Shown here: positions 1 to 10,807 of the stretch, piece by piece
How the letters are laid out: every line of letters starts with the position of its first letter
Numbering within the stretch: position 1 is the stretch's first letter
NCBI GenBank assembly: GCA_965215885.1
Contig: CBDCEW010000097.1
Location: forward strand, 1-64,000
Length of the DNA: 64,000 bases
Direction: 5' to 3'
From: Candidatus Moanibacter sp.
GTDB lineage: Bacteria; Verrucomicrobiota; Verrucomicrobiia; Opitutales; UBA2987
Notes under the pieces: model-generated
Told to the model about the DNA's origin: nothing
Databases searched by the model: none
Seen by the model: only the letters and a program-made list of their open reading frames with translations
Translations under genes and position numbers: made by a program

Positions 1-300
1 ACATTTCGACGCATCGCCGATGGGTGGAGGTCCCTTTGATTAAGTTCGTTTCGAATCCTATCCAGAACAGACCAATCGAAAAACGTAATCTGCCCTTTGA
101 AGTTTTCCGCATGGCCAAAGTAGCGATCGCCTCTGAGACCCATACCCGCGACACATTCCGCTTCCTCTACATCCTCGACACCGTGCTCTCCCCGCGGTCC
201 TCCGTGGTGCCCCTTAAAGTCATGACCGCTCGAAAGGTAGATACCGGTAATCTCGATCGGGAGGGCGCTTTTCATTTGTATTCCAAACTAAGGCTTGACC

Positions 301-415
301 CGAATGGCACTAACTTAAAGCAAGAATCGCTCGCAAGCGAGCTTCCTACGACGAACGTAAGCCGAATCGGGAACATCGGTGATCACCGTAACGATTCCTT
401 AAGTTAGTGCCATTC
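301..415. mobile_element. MITE with GAATGGCACTAACTTAA terminal inverted repeats, carrying a GTAG-type REP
   Basis: IR GAATGGCACTAACTTAA...TTAAGTTAGTGCCATTC, flanked by direct repeat AGGCTTGACC (291-300, 416-425); related copy at 42567-42711. Confidence 0.7.
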
Positions 416-477
416 AGGCTTGACCCCTTGCTCCATAGAACGAACTTAGGCATTGGCAATCACGCTAAACACGTCGG

Positions 478-1704
478 TTACGGTGGAGTCACCGGACCGC
501 TATCTCCGGGCAAGCTACCGTCTGTCTCGAGACCTGCCACCCCCCTGGCGACATCTCCTTCAAGGTAGAGTGTGCGGGTGGGAAAGGCCATGGAAGATCC
601 CCGCGCTTCCACGGCGCGCATGATTTTCAGATTTATTCGCTCGCGAATATCCATGTGCTCCAGCCAGGCGGTCGTAGTCGTAAAATAATAGACAAGAATA
701 TCGAGGGAACTGGCACCGAATTCAATAAAGTTGACGAGGATAAATTCCTGGTTGACACCCTCGTCCTCACGCAGGATGCCGCGAATGTCTTCCACGAGTC
801 CGGCGACGTCTTCCGGGCTGGTTTCGTAAGTAACGCCGACAATCTGCTTGACCCGTCGTTTCGGCATCCTCGACCAGTTATTAATAATCTCATTGGCAAG
901 GATATTATTGGGGATGGAAAGGACCGTTTTCGGCCAGGTTCGAACCTTGGTTGAACGCAACCCGATTTCTTCGACATCGCCATCGACACTATTGCCGATC
1001 ATTATCCAATCACCCACCTTAAAAGGCCGGTCCATGGCGAGCGCTAAAGATCCGTAGAGGTTGGCGATAGTATCTTTTGCGGCAAAAGCGAAGGCTGCGC
1101 CGCCAATCCCAAGAGTAGCAATTATGCCGCCCACAGAATACCCGAGGTTATCAATCACCATGACCAGGCCTACAACAATAACGAACACTCGAGTCGCTTT
1201 GCGCAGGAGAGGAATAAACGCGGAAATACTGCTGTCTTTTCTTCCCGTAATGTCGATGAGCACATCGGCCACTACATCGAGGACACGCAGCACCGCCCAA
1301 AATGCCAGCAGCATGCTGAGCCCCCTAAAAATATTGTTGAGGAACTCCTGCAGCTCGAGCTCAAGAGGTAAGATACCGATCGCCAGAAAGATCCCTAAAA
1401 TGAGGATAAACCATGATACCGGTTTCTCGAACGCATCGAGCAAGCGGTCGTCGTATTCAGCCTTCGTTCGCGCTGCCAGCGACTTCAGTCCCGCGAAAAA
1501 GACCTTTGTCAGGATGTTCCGGAAAACGAAAGTAAGCAGGATGATAGCGAAACTCATCCCAAGTTCGCCTATCGTAAAATCCCCAAAAACTGCTATATCG
1601 AGGTATGCTCTAATTCCTTCCCAGGAATCGCCCGTTCCTTCCGCAGGCTGACCGAATGCAACTGACGGAAACAAAGCCAATGTGATGAGGAAAAGGAATT
1701 TCAT
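478..1704 (-). CDS. mscS: Small-conductance mechanosensitive channel (MscS family)
   Basis: TM helices then 'DRPFKVGDWI...GDVEEIGLRSTKVRT...IPNN' and 'AFPTRTLY'; start moved to ATG 1704 because the upstream part is repeat-derived. Confidence 0.9.
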   Translation of the reverse strand: MKFLFLITLALFPSVAFGQPAEGTGDSWEGIRAYLDIAVFGDFTIGELGMSFAIILLTFVFRNILTKVFFAGLKSLAARTKAEYDDRLLDAFEKPVSWFILILGIFLAIGILPLELELQEFLNNIFRGLSMLLAFWAVLRVLDVVADVLIDITGRKDSSISAFIPLLRKATRVFVIVVGLVMVIDNLGYSVGGIIATLGIGGAAFAFAAKDTIANLYGSLALAMDRPFKVGDWIMIGNSVDGDVEEIGLRSTKVRTWPKTVLSIPNNILANEIINNWSRMPKRRVKQIVGVTYETSPEDVAGLVEDIRGILREDEGVNQEFILVNFIEFGASSLDILVYYFTTTTAWLEHMDIRERINLKIMRAVEARGSSMAFPTRTLYLEGDVARGVAGLETDGSLPGDSGPVTPP

Positions 1705-1712
1705 TTTCTTAC

Positions 1713-1874
1713 CAGGAATCTGCCGGACTCTGGTACGTGTTTGGCGTGATGGCAAATGCCTTGGTTCGATGTTGGAAGCAAGGGGTCCCCGAACGGCGAA
1801 TAAACTTGCAAGAACTTTAAGACCATAAGCTATCGCGCTAAACACGTACGGACTCAGAGTCCGACAGATTCCTG
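1713..1874. repeat. Nested MITEs: outer GGAATCTG(C/T)CGGAC IR, inner TACGTGTTT(G/A)GCG IR (1733-1849)
   Basis: Both IR pairs are visible; the inner element is related to 39519-39582 and ~460-475. Confidence 0.65.
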
Positions 1875-1951
1875 CAGGAAGTTAAAGAAAAAAGCGGTCT
1901 GGAATACTCCAAACCGCTCTCCTCTTGTATACTATCGGTGTTTCTTTAGCT

Positions 1952-2647
1952 TCAAAAGGCTCCGTCGGGTCTGCGGCTTTGCATCGCTTCCCTCGCCTCA
2001 GCACGCTCATCGTCGGAGAGAATTCCATCTCCGTCAGTATCAAACTCCTCCAAAAACTTCTCCCTTCGATTCTCCATCGACTCCCTGGCCGCCGACCGCC
2101 CATCATCGGATAGGACACCGTCACCATCCGTATCGAAACGCCGCAACATCTGCTCACGAGGCGGCCCGCGACGTCCACCCCGACGTCCACCATCTCCACC
2201 GCGGGGTCGATCAGCCTCCCAATGCTTTCGCGCTTCCGCTCGCTCCCCTTCCGAGAGTTCCCCATCTCCGTCGGCGTCAAAACGACGTAACGCGTCCTCT
2301 CTCCTCTTCGCACCCCGCTCCTTCATTTTTTCTCTGGCAGCCAATCGTTCCTCCTCGGAAAGGACACCATCCCCATCTGTATCAAACCGTTTTCTGAAGT
2401 CCTCGCGGCTACCGGACCCTCTGCGACCTCCCCTGCCCCGCATTGCTTCTTTGGCAGTCTCCTTCTCGGTATCGGATATTACACCGTCTCCGTCCGTATC
2501 GTACCGCTCCAGAAAGCGCTTGTGCGCCGGTCGATCGGCCTCCTTCTGAACATTCTCCTGCCCCGATAGGGAGTTTGAGACGCTGAGAAAGATCGCCGTC
2601 ACGGCGATAGTTAGAATGACATAAAGTCCATGATCTTCATTGTTCAT
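1952..2647 (-). CDS. Secreted EF-hand repeat (calcium-binding) protein
   Basis: Hydrophobic N-terminus and five FDTDGDGVLS-type EF-hand loops. Confidence 0.85.
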   Translation of the reverse strand: MNNEDHGLYVILTIAVTAIFLSVSNSLSGQENVQKEADRPAHKRFLERYDTDGDGVISDTEKETAKEAMRGRGGRRGSGSREDFRKRFDTDGDGVLSEEERLAAREKMKERGAKRREDALRRFDADGDGELSEGERAEARKHWEADRPRGGDGGRRGGRRGPPREQMLRRFDTDGDGVLSDDGRSAARESMENRREKFLEEFDTDGDGILSDDERAEAREAMQSRRPDGAF

Positions 2648-2750
2648 CGTTTCCTCCTTTTTGCTTTTGGCAATTTTGCCTGTTCTCTAAGCGAATTCTT
2701 AAAACCACGAGATTTTTTAAAAGTTGCAGAATCTGTTGAGAATTGCTTCG

Positions 2751-3083
2751 CTAGCAGCCTGTCGGACTGGATGCCGTTTCCCCGGGAGTTGCCAGATTTC
2801 TTTCCGACAGGCTGCTAGAGACAAGAAAATGAAACTGAATTTTGGTGGAAGCGAACTCCAAGAATGCTCTCAATGCGTGCACCAGGGCACATTGTCTCTT
2901 TCCCGGTAATAGTCATGCACCTTCTAGGTCAAGAAAAGATAAAGTGAGTCAACGCATCCCCAAAATTCAGTTTCATTTTCTTCAGAGGAATCTGTCGGTC
3001 TCATCTGGGTCGGAATGTCGACCTGTCACAATGACATCTGCGACACGAGGATGTCAGTAATTGTAAGTCCGACAGATTCCTAG
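2751..3083. repeat. Two short MITE-like IR pairs (2751-2818, 2986-3083)
   Basis: CTAGCAGCCTGTCGGAC...TCCGACAGGCTGCTAG and AGGAATCTGTCGG...GTCCGACAGATTCCTAG. Confidence 0.7.
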
Positions 3084-3092
3084 GTGGGAATA

Positions 3093-3443
3093 ATGTTCCA
3101 GGTAAATTTCAGTAACCAGAGTATGGCCGAACTCAATAAGCTGGGATTGAATGAGCAACTTAAGCTTGTGGATACGATCGGCAGTCTCTCGCGAGAGCAG
3201 CTCGCACATCCGCGTGAACCATTAGGCAAATTCAGCCGCGGGGGAGTTACTTTTTATCGCTTGAGAGCGGGCGCGTATCGCATCTACTTTGAAGTAAATG
3301 AGGACAATCTTTACAGCCACTACTTTCTCCACAGGAACTCCTTAACCGACTTTATCTTCCGCACCAAACTTCCTGTTTCAGAAGAACAGATGATCGAACA
3401 GCACCGGTCTTTCTGGAAGTATCTTGAGAGTCTCAAAAGATAG
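3093..3443 (+). CDS. RelE-fold protein with no adjacent antitoxin
   Basis: 'FYRLRAGAYRIYFEV' RelE-like motif; 5 nt upstream of pssA. Confidence 0.7.
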   Translation: MFQVNFSNQSMAELNKLGLNEQLKLVDTIGSLSREQLAHPREPLGKFSRGGVTFYRLRAGAYRIYFEVNEDNLYSHYFLHRNSLTDFIFRTKLPVSEEQMIEQHRSFWKYLESLKR

Positions 3444-3448
3444 CAAAA

Positions 3449-4393
3449 ATGCGCGTTGATGAAAGAGAAGATTATTCGAATCGGTTCTCGGATGTCACGG
3501 AAGCCTCTCGGATCTACTTTCTGCCCAACTTAATGACAGCGGGAAATCTCTTCTGTGGATTTCTTGCCGTCATTCGGTGCATCCAGGCAAAATATGCCAC
3601 CTCCGGTCCCTTTCTAAATGAAGCTCTCGCCAAGGAACTCTATACGGAAGCAGTTTGGTTCATACTTGCGGCTGTGATCTTCGACGGCCTTGATGGCCGA
3701 CTCGCGCGCCTGGGTGGAAGGGAATCCCTTTTCGGCAAGGAATTCGACTCTATTGCCGACATCGTCTCCTTCGGGATGGCGCCTTCCTTAATGGTGTTTT
3801 TTCTAATCCTGTCGCCAACCGATTCGTATCCATTTTTCCGACAAGTGGGATGGCTCATAAGTTTCATTTACCTCTTCTGTGCAGCCGTCAGGTTAGCTCG
3901 ATTCAATGTTATCTCACACCCTCTCTTTCTTCAGGAAGCCTCAAAGGATACCGGTGAGTTTCAGGGGCTGCCGGTTCCCGCGGCGGCGGGAATGATCGCG
4001 TCTCTCGTTCTCCTTCTTAACAGTCACGATCTTAGAGCCTGGGCCATATTCCTTCCCATCCTCCTGCTCCTTATTGCCTTCCTCATGGTGAGCAATATTC
4101 CCTATCCCAGTTTCAAGAATATTGACTGGCAGACTAAGACGAAATTCCGAACATTTATTTATCTCTTCGTCGGCCTTGGGTTTATTTTTCTCTTTCGCTC
4201 CATAGCCCTCGCTCTACTTTTTCTAGGTTACATTTTCTATGGTATCTTCCGTCATTTCCAAAGGGAAGCAGAGAAGCCTAAAACCAGCACCGCTGAGGTC
4301 GCATCCGACCAATACCTCGCTCCCTCAAATTCAGCCCCGATTGCCAAAAAAGATCTACCCGAGGAGACTGGTGAATTGCAGAATACCCAGTGA
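3449..4393 (+). CDS. pssA: CDP-diacylglycerol--serine O-phosphatidyltransferase
   Basis: 'LPNLMT', CDP-alcohol motif 'DGLDGRLAR...FGKEFDSIADIVSFG', 'RLARFN', 'FQGLPVPAAA'. Confidence 0.9.
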   Translation: MRVDEREDYSNRFSDVTEASRIYFLPNLMTAGNLFCGFLAVIRCIQAKYATSGPFLNEALAKELYTEAVWFILAAVIFDGLDGRLARLGGRESLFGKEFDSIADIVSFGMAPSLMVFFLILSPTDSYPFFRQVGWLISFIYLFCAAVRLARFNVISHPLFLQEASKDTGEFQGLPVPAAAGMIASLVLLLNSHDLRAWAIFLPILLLLIAFLMVSNIPYPSFKNIDWQTKTKFRTFIYLFVGLGFIFLFRSIALALLFLGYIFYGIFRHFQREAEKPKTSTAEVASDQYLAPSNSAPIAKKDLPEETGELQNTQ

Positions 4394-4600
4394 ATAACCC
4401 CCGAAGAAGCCTGTTCTTATTCAGAACTGAAAAACTTTTCCAGACTTCTGCTTCTACTCTTCACGCTCTTTAGGTGTCCTAAGACGCTGCCCAATAAGAG
4501 ATTGAATTCCTTATGCGATCTGTTAACAGAGGATAATAATAAGAATGTATATTTATTTATCTCTCTTCTTAGTACATAACTGTTGTCAGTATCTCTCCTT
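4389..4600. promoter_or_regulatory. Candidate replication origin (DnaA-box-like 9-mers plus AT-rich tract)
   Basis: One-mismatch TTWTNCACA boxes at 4389-4397(-), 4417-4425 and 4436-4444; TAATAATAAG and AT tract 4534-4560 just upstream of dnaN. Confidence 0.4.
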
Positions 4601-4623
4601 CCGCTCTTACTAGGACATTGCTC

Positions 4624-5754
4624 ATGAAGTTCAGTATTAACAGGGAACATTTTAGCCAGGGTCTTCAGCAGGTATTAAATGTCGTGGGAATTCGAGCCAT
4701 CATGCCTATTCTAAGCAATGTGCTCATTCAGGCGAAAGATGATGCCATCTTGCTCACCACCACCAATCTCGATCTCGGAATACGGTGTAAGATAAAAGCG
4801 AGTATTAGTGAAAAAGGCGGCATCACTCTACCGGTTCGAAAGTTAGCTACGATAGTCCGCGAGTTGCCGAACCTCGAAGTTGAGGTTGAAACCTCACCCA
4901 AATATCAGGCCAAAATCACTTCGGGTGGGTCTCACTTTCGCATGATGGGCATCGGTGAGGATGAGTTTCCCGCGCTTCCCACATTCACCGATGACCACGC
5001 ATTCAATCTGTCCCAGGCGGATATGGCACAGATGCTTAAGAGCGTTTCCTATGCCCAGAGCACTGACGAGACCCGTTATATTATGAATGGTGTCTTCTTC
5101 AACTTCGACGACGGAAAGTTGACCTTGGCCGCGACCGATGGGCGCCGCCTGGCGGTGATCAGCAACGAAATGGATGTATCGGATGATAACGTTGGGCATC
5201 TAATTCTGCCCGCCAAAACTGTTGGGGAAGTTGAACGCCTGGTCGGTCAAGGCAAGGAAGTGAGAATCGCTTTCAGCGATCGTCAGGTTGCATTTGAGTT
5301 TGATACCGAGGGCGATGAACAAGCGAGCGGATTGATCGGGGGGACCTACCTCGTCTCCAAGGTAGTGGAGGGAAATTATCCGAATTATCGGCAGGTGATT
5401 CCGAGAGAAACGGAACAACATATCAAAGTCGAACGCGAGCTGCTGCTCGATTGCGTGAAGCGGGCGGCCCTGGTTACGAGCGATAAAAACAACTCGGTCA
5501 AGATTCGAATTAACGAGAATCTCCTGGAGGTTTCCGGCTCTAGCCCGGAATATGGCGAGTCTCACGAAGCAATCGCGGTGCAATACGACGGGCCTGATGT
5601 ATCGGTCGCGTTTAATCCTGAATTTCTTATGCACCCTTTGCGCGCCCAAACTAAAGATGAGATTATTTTCGAATTTAAGGATGAATTGAGCCCCGGTGTT
5701 GTTCGAACGACAGAGAGTTTTCTTTGCGTTATTATGCCTTTGCGTTTGACTTGA
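4624..5754 (+). CDS. dnaN: DNA polymerase III beta clamp
   Basis: 'MPILSNVLI', 'ATDGRRLA', '[11 protein letters not shown]', 'FNPEFL', C-terminal 'VIMPLRL'. Confidence 0.97.
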   Translation: MKFSINREHFSQGLQQVLNVVGIRAIMPILSNVLIQAKDDAILLTTTNLDLGIRCKIKASISEKGGITLPVRKLATIVRELPNLEVEVETSPKYQAKITSGGSHFRMMGIGEDEFPALPTFTDDHAFNLSQADMAQMLKSVSYAQSTDETRYIMNGVFFNFDDGKLTLAATDGRRLAVISNEMDVSDDNVGHLILPAKTVGEVERLVGQGKEVRIAFSDRQVAFEFDTEGDEQASGLIGGTYLVSKVVEGNYPNYRQVIPRETEQHIKVERELLLDCVKRAALVTSDKNNSVKIRINENLLEVSGSSPEYGESHEAIAVQYDGPDVSVAFNPEFLMHPLRAQTKDEIIFEFKDELSPGVVRTTESFLCVIMPLRLT

Positions 5755-5827
5755 GAAGGAGCTGCCAGGAGCCTGTCGCACCCTGAGTCCGACAGATTCC
5801 TGGCCTTTTTCGGGAATTGCTTATCCC

Positions 5828-6700
5828 ATGGAGTTTCACGATCTGATTCTGGCAGTCTTTACTCTACTGCTCCTTTTTATCCTCCATCGGTTATCGATTT
5901 CTCCGGTTGCGGCCATTTTATTTCATTGGGCAAGGTGGATGGCTATTTCCCTGGCAGTGCCGTATTTCGTGTTTGTATTCGAGTGGAGTACACGTCCCTA
6001 CTGGGTCTTGGCGGCTTTCTGTTTTCTGCTCTGGTTTCTTCTCGAGACCTTATACAATTGGCTCGCTATCGCCGCCTGGAGTAAGAGCGAAGTACCCCTT
6101 TTTCCGAACTACGACACCAATGACTCGGGGGATGGATGGCCGGCGGATAGGCGCTTTATCGGCCTTCGCGAATGGATTCGGGATTATGGGTTCAAGCGCA
6201 TTAACGCGTTCAAGGCTGAAATCAGCGAAGAGGCTATATTGCGAATATCGGTATACGAAAATGAAGGGGCTACGATTCGTGTCCAGGTTCTCTTTCTCCC
6301 CTATCGCAACCAGGATGTGGCCGTCTGTTTCAATCTAATTTCCCAAACCGCGCAAGGCTCCCGTCTCATTACCGATAATCTCTTTCTCCCCTTTGGGGGC
6401 TTTTATCCGGAAAACTGGTCGGTTGAACGCAGGCCTTGGACTCGCTCCCTTCCCCTCCTTCTGAAACGCCATTTAAGACGCATGGAAAGTTTTCCAGAGA
6501 CCTTCGTCGCATGGGACGAGGATCCCCTTTTGGATCTCAACGATCAAAAAAGGATCCTGGAAAGGATCAATACGAAACGAGGGATTTTATTTCCCAGACA
6601 CCTCCATGAGGAGTTTGGCCGCATAACCTGGGAGGGCCGCTACCGTTTTTGGAAGGAGCTTTGGTTGCTCAACTATTTCGGGCTTACTTTTGCCGGGTAG
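5828..6700 (+). CDS. Hypothetical membrane protein
   Basis: 290-aa ORF with three N-terminal hydrophobic segments. Confidence 0.7.
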   Translation: MEFHDLILAVFTLLLLFILHRLSISPVAAILFHWARWMAISLAVPYFVFVFEWSTRPYWVLAAFCFLLWFLLETLYNWLAIAAWSKSEVPLFPNYDTNDSGDGWPADRRFIGLREWIRDYGFKRINAFKAEISEEAILRISVYENEGATIRVQVLFLPYRNQDVAVCFNLISQTAQGSRLITDNLFLPFGGFYPENWSVERRPWTRSLPLLLKRHLRRMESFPETFVAWDEDPLLDLNDQKRILERINTKRGILFPRHLHEEFGRITWEGRYRFWKELWLLNYFGLTFAG

Positions 6701-7105
6701 GAATCTGTCGGTGTTAGCATTTGGAATTCTCGGAGATATTCCGCTATCTCGGTGCGATGGTGCGTTGCGGGTGATTCGACCACCGACATATTCCTAATCG
6801 CTCTGCCGAGCGGGATGGTGTGGCAGGAAGATCGAACAGGTTTTCCCTCTGCAATCGTGATCTCATGTCGATCTTGTCTTTTCGACATTCGACTACCATT
6901 ACGACGACGAACTGCGAGGATGCTTCGCTGCTTTCGATTCGACGAAGCTTTCTTAACGAGACACACCGCATCCGTTGCCGTCCTTGAATCCGTTGCTCTT
7001 GCTCTATCCTCCCCTTTCGCGCTCCTTTTCGCGTGCCTAGCGTAAACGACCGGTGAACTGCCCTATGGATCGCGGCATGCGCGAGGATCCCGGCAGTGTC
7101 CGGGT

Positions 7106-8608
7106 TCAAGAGGCTGCGAGCGGTTCGCCTGTTCGGGTCGGCTTCCAATTCGCCGGAGCGAGTTCGGCGATCTCGGTGATGTTCATGTCCGGCAATCTTT
7201 TGAGGACGTCAGTGAGGTAAGCGGATGGTTCAATTGCGTGCCGCCGGCAACTCTCAATGATCGAGTAAATTACGGCGCTTCTCCAACCGGCCTTGGGGTG
7301 GCCGATGAACATCCAGTTTTTCTTTCCCAGGGCGGTCGGCCGGATAGCATTCTCAATGAGGTTATTGTCGATTTCAGCCTTGCCATGCTCGAGGTAGCGC
7401 TTGAGTGATTCCCGCTGGTTCAGAGCATACTCAACGGCTTCACCCATTTTGCTCCGCGGCAAGGCCCGCCGTTTGAGTATAGGCAAGGCTTTGCCCAAGC
7501 GTTCCACGATCATCCGACCATGGCTTTTCCGGTAGGCTTCGCGCAAGGCGGGACCGGCCCGCTGTTCGCGCAGATGGCGCTCGTCTCTGTAGAGATTGTG
7601 GATCTGCCGCACCACCCAGCCGGCCAGCTTCGGATTCTCATCCATCGCCTCCACAAATTTGCGTCGCAGGTGTGCCCAGCACCCAAACAGGGTAATCCCG
7701 TTATGCTCCCGGGCGAAACTGCCATAGGCTGCGTAACCGTCGGGTTGGAGCAACCCTTCGTATCCGTTGAGGAACTGCTCGAGACATTTTACCCCACGGC
7801 CTGTGTGCCAGTCGTAGAGCACCTCGCCGCCGGGTCGCCCGTAGACCCACAGGTATCCTTTCCTGCAGCCCTCTTTCTTGCCTGCGTCCGGATCCAGGTA
7901 GCGGATGGGCGTTTCGTCCGCCTGGATGTAACCGCCCTCGAACAATTGTAAGCACATGTAGTTGTAGATGGGTTTTAGCCATTGCGCTACCTGGTGGATC
8001 CAATCGAGCATGCTCTGGCGCGCCACCCTTACTCCGTAGCGTTCCCGGAAAATCTTCTCCTGCCGATACAACGGCAGGTGATCGACGTATTTGCTCAGTA
8101 ATATGTGCACCAAAAGCCCCACCCCAGGGATCCCTTTTTCAATCAGCCGCGATGGTAATGGCGCCAGCACGGGAGGTTCCTGGGGCTTTTCGCGAGATAC
8201 ATATTTGCGCCGTATATAGCGCCGCCTGATAAATCGGGCCGGGAGCAAATCTAACTCTTCAGTGACTTCCTCACCGATCAACCGCCACTTTTGCGGTTCA
8301 ACCTTCACCGCTTCGGGTTCGATTACGATCTCTTCGACTTCCAGGTGCTCGGGCAGACGCTGTCGCCTCGCCCCAGCTCCTTTGCGCGCCTTCGGCTCGG
8401 GTGGTGGCTCTGCCGTTTGCTCAGCGGGTTTGTTTTCCTCGGCCTGCTCCAGCCCGGCCAGGAGCAATTCCAGCTGTCCCGGATCGATCCGCTCGCTTTG
8501 GTTGCCTCCAAAGTAGCGCTTAATGAGCCAGCCGATCTTCTGACGTAAAAGCCGATTCTCCTCTCGGAGTTGCTCCAGCTCTGTTTGCAAAACCTCGACT
8601 TCAGGCAT
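7106..8608 (-). CDS. tnpC: IS66 transposase TnpC
   Basis: 'KYVDHLPLYRQ', 'ADET', 'DGYAAY', 'CWAHLRRKF', 'IDNNLIENAIRP...GKKNW'. Confidence 0.95.
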   Translation of the reverse strand: MPEVEVLQTELEQLREENRLLRQKIGWLIKRYFGGNQSERIDPGQLELLLAGLEQAEENKPAEQTAEPPPEPKARKGAGARRQRLPEHLEVEEIVIEPEAVKVEPQKWRLIGEEVTEELDLLPARFIRRRYIRRKYVSREKPQEPPVLAPLPSRLIEKGIPGVGLLVHILLSKYVDHLPLYRQEKIFRERYGVRVARQSMLDWIHQVAQWLKPIYNYMCLQLFEGGYIQADETPIRYLDPDAGKKEGCRKGYLWVYGRPGGEVLYDWHTGRGVKCLEQFLNGYEGLLQPDGYAAYGSFAREHNGITLFGCWAHLRRKFVEAMDENPKLAGWVVRQIHNLYRDERHLREQRAGPALREAYRKSHGRMIVERLGKALPILKRRALPRSKMGEAVEYALNQRESLKRYLEHGKAEIDNNLIENAIRPTALGKKNWMFIGHPKAGWRSAVIYSIIESCRRHAIEPSAYLTDVLKRLPDMNITEIAELAPANWKPTRTGEPLAAS

Positions 8609-8674
8609 GAAAACAATACTAAACTAACGGTAATAAGAAAAGCAATACTTTTTCAAAAAATCACTTTTTTTGAC

Positions 8675-9025
8675 CTAACGCTGATACCAGGGCCGCATCT
8701 TCCCCTCCCTCAGGTCGATCCCATTCAAGAGCATGCTCAACGCTTCAGGGCGCAATGGAAGCTTCTGATCTTTCAAGTCCACTCCCTGCGGCCAGCTGAA
8801 CCGACCCTTCTCTAATCGCTTTGCGAAAACCCATAACCCCGTGCCGTCCCAATACAGAATCTTGACCCGGTCCCGGCTGCGATTGCAGAAGACAAAGACC
8901 GCTCCGCTCAACGGGTCTTCCTTGAGCTGATTGGCCGCCAGGGCGTAGAGACCATTAAAGCTCTTTCGCAGATCCGTTACTCCCACGGCCAGGAAAACCT
9001 TCATCGTTCCCGGTAAGCTCAGCAT
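8675..9025 (-). CDS. tnpB: IS66 accessory protein TnpB (Orf2)
   Basis: 'TDLRKSFNGL...VFVFCNRSRDRVKILYWDGTG...KRLEKGRF'; start at ATG 9025. Confidence 0.95.
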   Translation of the reverse strand: MLSLPGTMKVFLAVGVTDLRKSFNGLYALAANQLKEDPLSGAVFVFCNRSRDRVKILYWDGTGLWVFAKRLEKGRFSWPQGVDLKDQKLPLRPEALSMLLNGIDLREGKMRPWYQR

Positions 9026-9384
9026 CCCGATTCCCTCAACGCCTTCACCAGACTCGCCACTTGTTCCACCGCAACACCGCAGTCCACCTCCACCCGTATC
9101 GGGTCCCCTAAGACGATCTCGATCCGATCCTCCGTGACCGCGCTGCTCTGCACCGTAACTTCGGCAAACCGCGCCCCCGCCGATTTTACCCCGCTGCTTC
9201 TGTGCCCGGCCCGGTCCTTGCGCAGCCATCCCATAAAGGTCATATACTTGATACCGTGCCGCTGGGCAAACGCCCTCTGCGTCTGATTGCTGCGACGGTA
9301 TGCGCTTATCAGTCGCCTGCGCTCCTGCCGACTTCGTCGAACGATTCGCTTCGACCGTGTCCGCCCTCTCGTTTTTTCTCCCAT
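9019..9384 (-). CDS. tnpA: IS66 accessory protein TnpA
   Basis: HTH 'SNQTQRAFAQRHGIKYMTFMGW'; overlaps the tnpB start. Confidence 0.85.
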   Translation of the reverse strand: MGEKTRGRTRSKRIVRRSRQERRRLISAYRRSNQTQRAFAQRHGIKYMTFMGWLRKDRAGHRSSGVKSAGARFAEVTVQSSAVTEDRIEIVLGDPIRVEVDCGVAVEQVASLVKALRESGC

Positions 9385-9585
9385 CCCATAATCATATCAC
9401 GGTCGGCATCTTTGCGCTACAAGGTCGGCCCGGTCGCTTACTGCCTAGCGGGCAATACCCATCCACAGGCAGACACTCCGGGCCTTTGCGGTCCCGGCTA
9501 CAGGACACACATTCGTTCCTACGTCAGAGGCCTGTTCCCGCCGAGCGGGACGAGGAAGAACGACGAAGCAATCCATGCGTTCTAA

Positions 9586-10611
9586 CTACCCGCCGATATA
9601 GGACATCTCCACCTTGAGTGGGTGGAGGTGTTTTTTTAGTATCTCGCTGCGTTGTTCGGAATAACGATCGGTTCGATTTCCCCAGATTCCGCATAGCGTC
9701 TTGAAGATTAGATCATCGGAGTCCCCCCCTCGCAGCATTTCCTTCAGGTCCCAACCCTGGTTGGCAAAGAGGCAAGTATAGAGAAGACCATCCGCTGAAA
9801 GCCGGGCTCTGGTGCAGTGGGAACAGAAGGGTTGGGTTACGGAAGAGATGAACCCGACTTCCACATTCGTGCCGATATAGCGATAGCGCTTGGCAACCTC
9901 ACCTCGATAGTTTGCCTCGAGCGGTTCCATCGGCATGGACGCGTCGATCTCTTCCACAATCCTCTTCGAAGAATACACCTGATCCATCTTCCAACCATTG
10001 TGGTTGCCTACATCCATAAATTCGATGAATCGAAGGGTATGTCCCTTCTCGCGAAAGAATCGGGCCATGGGGAGAATCTCCCTGTCGTTCATACCCTTTT
10101 GCACAACCATATTGACTTTTACCGGGAGGCCGACAGTGGCGGCCGCTTCAATACCTCTCAGCACCTTTTCGACGGAGACAGCGCGGCCGTTCATTCTTGC
10201 AAAAATGTCTTCACTGAGCGCATCCAGGCTTACCGTTACTCTGTTCAGGCCGGCCCTTTTGAGAGCTTCGGAAAAATTGGGAAGCATTATCCCATTTGTA
10301 GTCAGCGCGATATCATCGATGCCCTCGTTCTCCCGAAGTGATTCGATGAGAAGGTGAAGATTCCGGCGCAAAAGAGGTTCGCCTCCTGTGAGCCGTATCT
10401 TATGCACTCCCAAATCTGCAAAAAGGCGTGCCAACCGGCAGATCTCTTCAAAACTGAGAAGCTGATCTTTTTTCAGAAACGCATAGTCCGGCCCAAACAC
10501 CTCCGCCGGCATACAGTAGGTGCAGCGCAGATTACACTGGTCGATGACCGATATGCGCAGGTCCCGCAACGGCCTCGCCATGGTGTCCTTGGGTGAATTC
10601 TTCGTTGGCAT
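9586..10611 (-). CDS. moaA: GTP 3',8-cyclase
   Basis: Radical SAM 'CNLRCTYC', '[10 protein letters not shown]...YTCLF', C-terminal 'MSYIGG'. Confidence 0.97.
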   Translation of the reverse strand: MPTKNSPKDTMARPLRDLRISVIDQCNLRCTYCMPAEVFGPDYAFLKKDQLLSFEEICRLARLFADLGVHKIRLTGGEPLLRRNLHLLIESLRENEGIDDIALTTNGIMLPNFSEALKRAGLNRVTVSLDALSEDIFARMNGRAVSVEKVLRGIEAAATVGLPVKVNMVVQKGMNDREILPMARFFREKGHTLRFIEFMDVGNHNGWKMDQVYSSKRIVEEIDASMPMEPLEANYRGEVAKRYRYIGTNVEVGFISSVTQPFCSHCTRARLSADGLLYTCLFANQGWDLKEMLRGGDSDDLIFKTLCGIWGNRTDRYSEQRSEILKKHLHPLKVEMSYIGG

Positions 10612-10807
10612 TGCCTTTCAAATCTGAGCGATTCTGGACGAGCGAGCAATCTACAAGGCAGAAGGACAGAAGGAAACGGAGAGAAACGAAGAGGAATAAG
10701 AGAGGAAGAGTGGCCCACGGATGGCTCCGCAGTACCACGGATGGAATCCTGTGTAACCTGCCTTCAATTCCGAGTTCGTAGCGCAGAAGACTGGACGAGA
10801 TTGAGAG

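Larger units (their letters stand above)
7042..9441 (-). mobile_element. IS66-family insertion sequence (2400 bp)
   Basis: TIRs GTAAACGACCGG / GTAAGCGACCGG; 8-bp TSD TGCCTAGC (7034-7041, 9442-9449); tnpA-tnpB-tnpC order. Confidence 0.95.

Noticed and set aside
6744..7148. Short ORFs between the membrane protein gene and IS66, and most ORFs antisense to real genes
   Set aside because: They overlap repeats or well-supported genes on the other strand and have no recognisable motifs.
8675..9025. RNA-guided TnpB nuclease
   Set aside because: This is the small IS66 accessory TnpB, unrelated to IS605 TnpB/Cas12; no RuvC motifs.
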